NCBI GenBank assembly: GCA_963769515.1 | Contig: CAVYMG010000015.1 | Location: 3,450 to 67,449 of the forward strand | Source: an uncultured Actinomycetota bacterium | Lineage (GTDB): Bacteria; Actinomycetota; Actinomycetes; Actinomycetales; Micrococcaceae | DNA length: 64,000 bases | Reading direction: 5' to 3' | In this document: one piece after another, positions 55,236 through 64,000 of the stretch | Numbering within the stretch: position 1 is the first letter of the stretch | Layout of the letters: each line of letters starts with the position of its first letter | The notes under the pieces: model-generated | Told to the model about the DNA's origin: nothing | The model's database searches: none | Seen by the model: only the letters and a program-made list of their open reading frames with translations | Position numbers and translations under genes: made by a program

Positions 55236-58200
55236 ACATCGTGCGGAGCTCAAAAAGTGTCCCCGCGCGTTCGCGCGGTGAGAAGGATTCCTCTCACCGT
55301 GCGCCGCGGAATGTATTCACCATGGGAAGCCTACTGACGGAGGGCCGGAGAGCACTCGCTCTGGCCGTGTCCCTGGCGATGGCGCTGGGATTCACGATCC
55401 TGCCGGTCACTGCGGCCACCGCTGACACGGCGCCGCTGGACCCCGCCAACCCCGCGTCTCCTCCGACCGTTTCTGCGGACGCTCTGCCGACGGTCCAGGT
55501 CGACGGGGTCGTCTGGCAGCAGCATGTGCTCGGGAATGTGGTCTACGCCGTCGGCAACTTCACGACGGCGCGCCCGGCCGGAGCGGCCCCGGGGACGAAC
55601 ACCGTGGCCCGGAGCCACATCCTGGCCTATGACATCACCACCGGGAAGCTGATCACCACGTTCACGGCCAGCCTGAATGCCCAGGCCAAGACCATCACGG
55701 CTTCTCCTGACGGCTCGCGTCTCTACATCGGCGGCGCCTTCACCCAGGTGAACGGGGTCTCCCGCGCATATGTTGCCGCGCTCAACCCCACGACTGGAGC
55801 GCTGATCACCAGTTTCGCCCCGAATGTGAACTCGCGGGTCTACGCCGTCGCCGCAACCAATTCCGCCGTATATATGGGCGGATGGTTCAGCGGCGTCGGG
55901 TCCGCCAGCCGGCCGCATCTCGCCGCGGTCCGCGCCTCCGATGCGGCGCTGCTGGACTGGAGCCCGAACGTGCAGGGGGGCGATGTCAACAATATGGTGC
56001 TCAATCCCGACGGCACGAAGGTGGTCGTCGGTGGAAACTTCACCAGCGTGAACGGCTCCAGCAATCCCGGAATGGGCATGGCGGCCCTGAACACGTCTTC
56101 GGGGGAGCTTCTCCCGTGGGGCATCAATAACAAGGTGCGGAACGGCGGTACCAACTCGTCTATCTACAGCCTCGCGAGCGACGGAACGCATGTGTACGGC
56201 ACAGGCTACAAGTTCGGGTCTTCCGGCAACCTCGAGGGGTCATTCTCCGCGAGTTGGGATGACGGGGCTGTGAACTGGATCCAGGACTGCCATGGGGACA
56301 CCTACGGCGTCTATGCCTCTGCCACGGCCGTCTACACGGTCGGCCATGCCCACTACTGCGGCAACATCGGCGGGTTCCCCCAGACCTCCCCGGTCTGGAC
56401 CTTCAATCGGGCCATAGCCTTCAGCAAGGCAGCCGTCGGAACGATTACCGCTGATCCCCTTGGGTACTTCAACTGGGCGGGTAACCCCCGGCCTGCCCTG
56501 CTGACGTGGTTCCCGGATGTAGACGCCGGTTCGTTCACCGGACAGACCCAGGGGGCCTGGACCATCACCGGAAACTCCAAATATGTGGTTCTCGGCGGAG
56601 AATTTCCCGCAGTGAACGGAACCGCCCAGCAGGGCCTGGTTCGTTTCGCGACCAAGGATATCGCCCCCAACAAAGAAGGGCCCCGCGTTGCAGGCCGCGA
56701 CATGAACCCCAAGGTCACCGCCCTCGCAGGGGGCAAAGTCCGGGTGGCATGGCAGACCAATTTCGACCGGGACAACGAAAATCTCACGTACAAAGTGTTC
56801 CGTAACGACAATCTGACGACCCCGGTTTACACCACAACCAAGGCATCCACGTTCTGGAACCGGCCGGTCCTAACTTTCCAGGACAGCGGGCTCCCGCTGG
56901 GCTCGACGCAAAGCTACCGCATTGCAGCCATCGACCCGCTGGGAAATGAAACCAGGTCCGAGGGCGTCAACGTGACCGTCTCAGCCGCCGGCAGCCTGGG
57001 AACATACGGAACCGGCGTCCTCGCCGACGGTGCCGAGAGCTACTGGCGGCTGGGCGAAGCAAGCGGCACCACGCTCACCGACGACGCCGGATGGTCGGAC
57101 GCTGTGGCGGGAACGGGAGTGACGCGTGGAGTGGCGGGCGCTATCAACGGTGACGCAAATACTGCGACCTCGTTCAGCGGGTCGTCCACCGGGACGGCGT
57201 CCAGCCAGACATCCATCCAGGGACCGAACGTCTTCAGCGTTGAGTCCTGGATCAAAACCACCACCACGCGCGGCGGCAAGATCCTGGGCTTCGGTAATAA
57301 GGCGACCGGTGTTTCCAGCTCATACGACCGGCAGATCTACATGGACAATGCAGGGCGCATTGTTTTCGGTGTCTATGACGGTGGAGTGAAGACGCTGACC
57401 GCCAACGGGAAATACAACGACGACCAGTGGCATCACATTGTCGCCACGGTCGGGCCCAGCGGCATAAACCTGTACGTGGATGGAAAGCGCAGCGCGCAGA
57501 GAACCGATGCAACCAAGGGTCAGGATTACTCCGGGTTCTGGCGCATTGGCGGGGACAACATCAACGGATGGCCTTCCGTGCCGTCCAGTCGGTACTTCAA
57601 CGGCACCATTGATGAGGTCGCGATCTACCCGTCCGTGCTCAGCCTCTCGCGGGTGCAGCGGCACTTCCAGGACTCGGGACGTACCTTGAACATCCCGGTC
57701 GCCCCGGCTGACAACGTCGGAAAGGCAGTCTTCGAGGCTGAGCCGGATTTTTACTGGCGGTTCGGGGAAACCAGCGGATCAGTAGCTGCTGACAGCAGCA
57801 CGTCCGACAATCCCGGTGAATACCGCTCAGGAGTAACTCTGGGACACCCCGCAGGCATCGACGGAACGACCGACACGTCCGCTGAGTTCGACGGCGTCTC
57901 CGGGTTGGTGTCCAGCACCAACCAGTTCACAAACCCGACGGTTTATTCCCAGGAGCTGTGGTTCAACACCACGACCAGCGACGGCGGGAAACTCATCGGG
58001 TTCGGAGACAAGGCGACCGGGCTTTCATCCAATTACGACCGGCACGTCTACATGGAAACGAGCGGGGCGCTGACCTTCGGCGTCTGGACCGGCCAGACGA
58101 ACACGATTACGTCGTCCGGGTCGTACAACGACGGAGTCTGGCACCATCTGGTGGCGACACAGTCATCCGAGGGCATGAAGCTCTTCGTTGACGGGGAGCC

Positions 58201-61072
58201 CGTCGGAACTAACCCCCAGTCGCAGAATCAAAGCTATTCGGGCTACTGGCGGGTCGGCGGCGACAGGACCTGGGGTCCGCAGCCGTACTTTGCCGGCAAG
58301 ATTGACGAGGTCGCGGTCTACCCGGTCGCGCTGCCGGCTGCCACCGTGGCGGAGCACTTCGCCCTCGGCGCCCCCGACAGGGCATCCAACGAACGTCCGG
58401 TGGCGGCGTTTACGTCTTCTGCGGCGGATCTGGTGGCGTCCTTTGATGCTGCGGATTCCTCGGATGCGGATGGTTCGGTTGTTTCGTACGGGTGGGATTT
58501 CGGTGACGGGAGCCCGGCTGGTTCGGGTGTGTCGCCGTCGCATACGTACGCGGCGGGCGGGACGTTCGAGGTGACGTTGACGGTGACGGATAACCAGGGT
58601 GGTACGGGGTCCGTGACGCATCCGGTGACGGTGGCTGCGGCGAATGCTTCGCCGGTGGCGGCGTTTACGTCTTCTGCGGCGGATCTGGTGGCGTCCTTTG
58701 ATGCTGCGGATTCCTCGGATGCGGATGGTTCGGTTGTTTCGTACGGGTGGGATTTCGGTGACGGGAGCCCGGCTGGTTCGGGTGTGTCGCCGTCGCATAC
58801 GTACGCGGCGGGCGGGACGTTCGAGGTGACGTTGACGGTGACGGATAACCAGGGTGGTACGGGGTCCGTGACGCATCCGGTGACGGTGGCTGCGGCGAAT
58901 GCTTCGCCGGTGGCGGCGTTTACGTCTTCTGCGGCGGATCTGGTGGCGTCCTTTGATGCTGCGGATTCCTCGGATGCGGATGGTTCGGTTGTTTCGTACG
59001 GGTGGGATTTCGGTGACGGGAGCCCGGCTGGTTCGGGTGTGTCGCCGTCGCATACGTACGCGGCGGGCGGGACGTTCGAGGTGACGTTGACGGTGACGGA
59101 TAACCAGGGTGGTACGGGGTCCGTGACGCATCCGGTGACGGTGGCTGCGGCGAATGCTTCGCCGGTGGCGGCGTTTACGTCTTCTGCGGCGGATCTGGTG
59201 GCGTCCTTTGATGCTGCGGATTCCTCGGATGCGGATGGTTCGGTTGTTTCGTACGGGTGGGATTTCGGTGACGGGAGCCCGGCTGGTTCGGGTGTGTCGC
59301 CGTCGCATACGTACGCGGCGGGCGGGACGTTCGAGGTGACGTTGACGGTGACGGATAACCAGGGTGGTACGGGGTCCGTGACGCATCCGGTGACGGTGGC
59401 TGCGGCGAATGCTTCGCCGGTGGCGGCGTTTACGTCTTCTGCGGCGGATCTGGTGGCGTCCTTTGATGCTGCGGATTCCTCGGATGCGGATGGTTCGGTT
59501 GTTTCGTACGGGTGGGATTTCGGTGACGGGAGCCCGGCTGGTTCGGGTGTGTCGCCGTCGCATACGTACGCGGCGGGCGGGACGTTCGAGGTGACGTTGA
59601 CGGTGACGGATAACCAGGGTGGTACGGGGTCCGTGACGCATCCGGTGACGGTGGCTGCGGCGAATGCTTCGCCGGTGGCGGCGTTTACGTCTTCTGCGGC
59701 GGATCTGGTGGCGTCCTTTGATGCTGCGGATTCCTCGGATGCGGATGGTTCGGTTGTTTCGTACGGGTGGGATTTCGGTGACGGGAGCCCGGCTGGTTCG
59801 GGTGTGTCGCCGTCGCATACGTACGCGGCGGGCGGGACGTTCGAGGTGACGTTGACGGTGACGGATAACCAGGGTGGTACGGGGTCCGTGACGCATCCGG
59901 TGACGGTGGCTGCGGCGAATGCTTCGCCGGTGGCGGCGTTTACGTCTTCTGCGGCGGATCTGGTGGCGTCCTTTGATGCTGCGGATTCCTCGGATGCGGA
60001 TGGTTCGGTTGTTTCGTACGGGTGGGATTTCGGTGACGGGAGCCCGGCTGGTTCGGGTGTGTCGCCGTCGCATACGTACGCGGCGGGCGGGACGTTCGAG
60101 GTGACGTTGACGGTGACGGATAACCAGGGTGGTACGGGGTCCGTGACGCATCCGGTGACGGTGGCTGCGGCGAATGCTTCGCCGGTGGCGGCGTTTACGT
60201 CTTCTGCGGCGGATCTGGTGGCGTCCTTTGATGCTGCGGATTCCTCGGATGCGGATGGTTCGGTTGTTTCGTACGGGTGGGATTTCGGTGACGGGAGCCC
60301 GGCTGGTTCGGGTGTGTCGCCGTCGCATACGTACGCGGCGGGCGGGACGTTCCAGGTGACGTTGACGGTGACGGATAACCAGGGTGGTACGGGGTCCGTG
60401 ACGCATCCGGTGACGGTTGCTGCGGCGACCGTGCTCCCGCTGGCGCAGGATGCCTTCGGCCGGACCGTGGTGAACGGATTCGGCTCCGCGGATATCGGCG
60501 GAAACTGGGACCTGTCGGGTGGCAACTCGAAGTTTGCGGTGAACGACGGCAGCGGCAAGATGACGATTGCCAGGGGAGTCCGGCTGACGGCCGGCCTGGG
60601 AAGCGTCTCTTCGACGTCAACGGACACGCAAGTCAAGTTGTCGATGGACAAGATGCCCGACGGCGGTGGGTTCTTCACGACGCTCATCGGCCGGCGGGTC
60701 GCTGGTGCCGGGGACTACAGCGCCAAGATGTGGATCTCGAAGTCCGGGACGATGACGCTGGACCTGAAGTCCTTGAGCGGCGGAGTGGAGAAGACTCTCC
60801 AGGGCGTCGTCGTCCAGGGCCTGACCTACACCCAGGGCATGCAGTTGCAGATCCGGCTGCAGGTCACAGGCACATCGCCGACGGTCCTCCGCGCCAAGGT
60901 GTGGGACGCCGCCGGCACGGAGCCCGCCGCCTGGCTGGTCAGTGCTACGGACACCACCGAAAATATGCAGAGCGCAGGCTCGGTCGGCGTGTCGTCGTAT
61001 GTATCAGGATCGGCCACCAACGGGCCCATCCTGGTGAGCCTGAAGGACTGGGTGACGAGGCGGGCTGAGTGA
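55232..61072 (+). CDS. Large secreted protein: beta-propeller-like N-terminus, FN3-like, two LamG domains, eight PKD domains, C-terminal beta domain
   Basis: Signal peptide; LamG motifs (YWRLGE, WHHIVAT, LYVDG, IDEVAIY); PKD YGWDFGDG x8; no LPxTG or C-terminal TM. Confidence 0.9.
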   Translation: MNIVRSSKSVPARSRGEKDSSHRAPRNVFTMGSLLTEGRRALALAVSLAMALGFTILPVTAATADTAPLDPANPASPPTVSADALPTVQVDGVVWQQHVLGNVVYAVGNFTTARPAGAAPGTNTVARSHILAYDITTGKLITTFTASLNAQAKTITASPDGSRLYIGGAFTQVNGVSRAYVAALNPTTGALITSFAPNVNSRVYAVAATNSAVYMGGWFSGVGSASRPHLAAVRASDAALLDWSPNVQGGDVNNMVLNPDGTKVVVGGNFTSVNGSSNPGMGMAALNTSSGELLPWGINNKVRNGGTNSSIYSLASDGTHVYGTGYKFGSSGNLEGSFSASWDDGAVNWIQDCHGDTYGVYASATAVYTVGHAHYCGNIGGFPQTSPVWTFNRAIAFSKAAVGTITADPLGYFNWAGNPRPALLTWFPDVDAGSFTGQTQGAWTITGNSKYVVLGGEFPAVNGTAQQGLVRFATKDIAPNKEGPRVAGRDMNPKVTALAGGKVRVAWQTNFDRDNENLTYKVFRNDNLTTPVYTTTKASTFWNRPVLTFQDSGLPLGSTQSYRIAAIDPLGNETRSEGVNVTVSAAGSLGTYGTGVLADGAESYWRLGEASGTTLTDDAGWSDAVAGTGVTRGVAGAINGDANTATSFSGSSTGTASSQTSIQGPNVFSVESWIKTTTTRGGKILGFGNKATGVSSSYDRQIYMDNAGRIVFGVYDGGVKTLTANGKYNDDQWHHIVATVGPSGINLYVDGKRSAQRTDATKGQDYSGFWRIGGDNINGWPSVPSSRYFNGTIDEVAIYPSVLSLSRVQRHFQDSGRTLNIPVAPADNVGKAVFEAEPDFYWRFGETSGSVAADSSTSDNPGEYRSGVTLGHPAGIDGTTDTSAEFDGVSGLVSSTNQFTNPTVYSQELWFNTTTSDGGKLIGFGDKATGLSSNYDRHVYMETSGALTFGVWTGQTNTITSSGSYNDGVWHHLVATQSSEGMKLFVDGEPVGTNPQSQNQSYSGYWRVGGDRTWGPQPYFAGKIDEVAVYPVALPAATVAEHFALGAPDRASNERPVAAFTSSAADLVASFDAADSSDADGSVVSYGWDFGDGSPAGSGVSPSHTYAAGGTFEVTLTVTDNQGGTGSVTHPVTVAAANASPVAAFTSSAADLVASFDAADSSDADGSVVSYGWDFGDGSPAGSGVSPSHTYAAGGTFEVTLTVTDNQGGTGSVTHPVTVAAANASPVAAFTSSAADLVASFDAADSSDADGSVVSYGWDFGDGSPAGSGVSPSHTYAAGGTFEVTLTVTDNQGGTGSVTHPVTVAAANASPVAAFTSSAADLVASFDAADSSDADGSVVSYGWDFGDGSPAGSGVSPSHTYAAGGTFEVTLTVTDNQGGTGSVTHPVTVAAANASPVAAFTSSAADLVASFDAADSSDADGSVVSYGWDFGDGSPAGSGVSPSHTYAAGGTFEVTLTVTDNQGGTGSVTHPVTVAAANASPVAAFTSSAADLVASFDAADSSDADGSVVSYGWDFGDGSPAGSGVSPSHTYAAGGTFEVTLTVTDNQGGTGSVTHPVTVAAANASPVAAFTSSAADLVASFDAADSSDADGSVVSYGWDFGDGSPAGSGVSPSHTYAAGGTFEVTLTVTDNQGGTGSVTHPVTVAAANASPVAAFTSSAADLVASFDAADSSDADGSVVSYGWDFGDGSPAGSGVSPSHTYAAGGTFQVTLTVTDNQGGTGSVTHPVTVAAATVLPLAQDAFGRTVVNGFGSADIGGNWDLSGGNSKFAVNDGSGKMTIARGVRLTAGLGSVSSTSTDTQVKLSMDKMPDGGGFFTTLIGRRVAGAGDYSAKMWISKSGTMTLDLKSLSGGVEKTLQGVVVQGLTYTQGMQLQIRLQVTGTSPTVLRAKVWDAAGTEPAAWLVSATDTTENMQSAGSVGVSSYVSGSATNGPILVSLKDWVTRRAE
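58397..60427 (+). repeat. Eight tandem 255-bp PKD-encoding repeats
   Basis: 255-bp period (shadow ORFs at 58644, 58899, 59154, 59409, 59664, 59919, 60174); copies look identical except two substitutions in the last one. Confidence 0.95.
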
Positions 61073-61095
61073 GTTGGCAGCACTGAGGGACTAAT

Positions 61096-61152
61096 AGGAA
61101 CGGCTGGTCCGGACCCCTGACGAGGGCCCGGACCAGCCGTTCCTCTTTATTT
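61096..61152 (+). terminator. Intrinsic terminator
   Basis: AGGAACGGCTGGTCCGG / CCGGACCAGCCGTTCCT followed by CTTTATTT. Confidence 0.85.
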
Positions 61153-61405
61153 GAGGTCAATCAGCCGCCATGTAGAGCCTCGCCGGGTTAGGATGGGCCC
61201 TTTTCATGCACCAGCATGCGCGGGTAGTGTACGTGCGGTCAGCGTGGGCCATTGTGACGGGAGGGAAAATAGTTATGGATTTGATCCCTAAGTTACGAGC
61301 GTGTAGCGTTGCGGACTGCAGTGATCCATGTCTTTCCCAATCTTGTTCGATGGTCTCGGGAGAGTGTTGCTGCGGTCCGCTGGGGGACCTGTCAGAGAGA
61401 GCCGG

Positions 61406-64000
61406 ATGAGTCTCCGCTCAAATCAAAACACCATCAGGCCGCTGGTCCGTTTCTTGCAGACGGGCCGTCGACGGCTGCCAGAATCCTTGAGGAGCGTTTC
61501 ATTGACGCGCAGAGTATCGGACGATAGAAACGGCTGTAGCCGGAAGACAAAAGCCATTGGCCGGGTGACTGGGGCCACCACGCTGGTCATGGCATTGGCC
61601 CTGGCGGGCACCATTCCATCCGTCAACGCCGCTAATGCATCATCCGATGTTGTACGCGACTCGTATGACCGGACTTCAACGGCTGGATGGGGCAAAGCCG
61701 ATGTCGGCGGCACCTATGTGATCGGCAACCCGTCCAAAACGAGTCTCACGACGGCGAATGGCGCGGCAAGGGTCAACGGGCTGCCGCCCGGGCAGTCCCT
61801 GTCCGCCACCTTGCCCAGCGTGTCAGCCGCCGACGTGACTGTGCAGGGAGCACTTACCGTGCCCTCCGTCCCGTCCGGAAAATTCGGCCTGTACCATGCG
61901 ATCTCCATCCGCGGGCAGGAGTCGGGAGCGGCTTACCGCGGCCGCCTGGAAGTCATGAGCGGCGGCAAGATGTTCCTTGCCGTTTCCCGGTTTGACCGGG
62001 GAAGCGACGTCAGCCTTGGAAAAGTGCAGTTACCCAAAACGCTGGGCTCCAATCAAAAGATGCGCATCGAGTTCAAGGCAACGGGGACCTCACCCGTCAC
62101 CCTGCAGGGACGGGCCTGGGCTGATGGTGGCGCCGTGCCCGGCTGGCAGCTGACGGTCAAGGACACGTCCACTGCCCGCATCGCGAAGGCTGGATCCATT
62201 GGCATCTGGCAATATGTGTCGGGCGGCAACTCCAAGCCGGTCGTTTCAGTAATGGACGACTTGCGGGCCGCCCCGGTCTCCGCCGCTTCCCCGGCTCGCC
62301 CCGGCCCCGGTTGCGCCGGCTCCGGCTCCGGTCGCGCCGGCCCCGGCTCCGGCCCCCGCCCCGGCTCCGGCCCCGGTTGCGCCGGCTCCCGCCCCGGCCC
62401 CGGTTGCTCCGGCCCCGGCCACGGGTCAAGCCAACCGTGGAGCGGCAGCTATCGGATCGGCCAACTACGCCGTACCCGCCAACGCCATTTTCGTGGACGT
62501 CGCCAAGGGCGCGGACAACGCCGGTGGCAGCCAGAACGCGCCCCTGCGCACGCTCGCATCGGCCGTCGCGAAGGCGAAGTCCGGGCAGACCATCGTGCTG
62601 CGGAAGGGCACGTACAACGAATCCGTCAGCATTCCTTCGAACAAGTCGCTGACGATTCAGTCGTACCCGAACGAAGCCGTCTGGTTGGACGGCTCAGTGC
62701 CGGTCTCCACGTGGAAGAAGACCGGGTCCACCTGGGTCTCGCAGGGTTGGACGCCCGAATTTTCCCGTTCGCTGGACGGAAAAGCCGATAACCCGAGATT
62801 TGTGGACCCCGCCAACCCCATGGCCGCACGTCCGGACCAGGTATTCATCGATGGCGCCCAGCTGAAGCAGGTTGGATCAGCCGCACAGGTCTCACCGGGC
62901 AAATTCTTTGTCGACTACGCTGCCAACACCATCACGCTCGGCAGTGACCCGACAGGCCACGAAGTCAGGGCCAGCAACCTTGCCCAGGCCATCTACTCTC
63001 CCGCCCCGAACACGAAACTGCAGGGCTTCGGAGTCCGGCGCTACGCGACCCCCTACGACGCGCGCGCCGCCGTGGTCCTGGCCGCAACGTCATCTGCGGC
63101 ACGGAACCTTGTTGTGGTGGACAACGCCATGATCGGGATCGCCATCCAGAACAACGACTCCGTGGCCGAGCGGGTCACGGTGCAGCGTAACGGCATGATG
63201 GGTATCGGCGTAAATGCCGCCTACGGCTTGGTCATCCGTGACTCGATCATCACCAATAACAATTCAGAGGCGTTCAAGCCGGAGCCCGTCTCCGGCGGGA
63301 TCAAAGTGACGCGCTCCCGCGGCGTCACCATCCTGAACAACGACACGAGCAACAACCAGAACAGCACCGGGATCTGGCTGGACGAATCTGTCTACAACGC
63401 CAACGTCTCGAACAACGTTTCTTCCTCGAACGGCAAGAACGGCATTGAACTCGAGCTCTCCGATACCGCAATCGTGGCGAACAACGAAACGGTAGGCCAG
63501 GAGACGGGGATCCTGCTTTACAACACCGGCAACGTGAAGGTATTCAACAACAACGTCGGCGGCAACCGGCTCTTCGGCGTGAAGCTCGCACAGGACGAGC
63601 GTCGTCAGGCAGTTGCCTCCTTCGCCGGTCAGGACCCCCGCCGGCCGGCTGTGGACCCGACCACGCCATGGCTGACCCGGAACATCACGATCTCGAACAA
63701 CGTCTTTGGAAACGGTGGCTACTTCCAGTTCTATGCATTGGATGGCGTCACGAAGATTCCGGTAGACCAGATGAACGTTACGATCACCGGGAATCTCTTC
63801 AACAAGCGCGTCACAACCAAGGAGCCCACCGTGGTCGCCTGGGGCGGAAACGACGGACGCACGCTCGCACGCTTCGAGACCCCCGACGCTCTGGCCGCGG
63901 CCAAGGGCAAGACCTGGAAGAATGCGATCACGGATAGCAGCTTGCCGATCAACCAGATGGCGCCTCTGGCGGCCAAGGCAAAGTCCGTGGCGGTCCCGCT
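61406..64000 (+). pseudogene. Secreted protein (beta domain, Pro/Ala linker, parallel beta-helix) with a frameshift near 62297; 3' end beyond the window; start uncertain
   Basis: N-terminal part in ORF 61328-62791. From 62298 another frame reads APAPVAPAPAP...GSANYAVPANAIFVD...PLRTL...VLRKGTYNE...GGIKVTRS...GIWLDES and stays open to the window end; this part is missing from the ORF track. Confidence 0.75.

Noticed and set aside
58397-60427. Possible CRISPR array
   Set aside because: Units are 255 bp, contiguous, in-frame and have no unique spacers; no cas genes
58163-60687. Long minus-strand ORFs (747 and 789 aa) and 61-aa plus-strand ORFs
   Set aside because: Shadow frames of the PKD repeat

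Overview
High-GC actinobacterial chromosome, most likely Arthrobacter/Micrococcaceae, judged from the rRNA operon and gene content. Left to right: a GH2 beta-galactosidase; a complete 16S-23S-5S operon with no spacer tRNA; HU; a frameshifted CopD/CtaG-type membrane gene coupled to a thioredoxin-NHL protein; several standalone genes; a galactoside uptake and Leloir cluster (ABC, DeoR, GH36, galT); a secreted beta-helix protein; a LacI-ABC-GH130 locus with an uncharacterised secreted protein; a phosphatase-like/GH15 trehalase fusion; panD; LysR-putA; a small basic protein coupled to a ceo-like gene; tRNA-Gly(CCC); and the start of a surface-polysaccharide locus. That locus encodes a 1946-aa LamG/PKD protein with eight near-identical 255-bp repeats and a frameshifted beta-helix protein that runs off the window. 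No integrase, transposase or CRISPR array was seen. Best leads: (1) a ~200-aa domain shared by the two large secreted proteins of the glycan locus; (2) the secreted partner of GH130; (3) loss of both catalytic aspartates in the phosphatase domain of the trehalase fusion. All family calls come from motif recognition by eye, not database searches. Both frameshifts could be sequencing errors.
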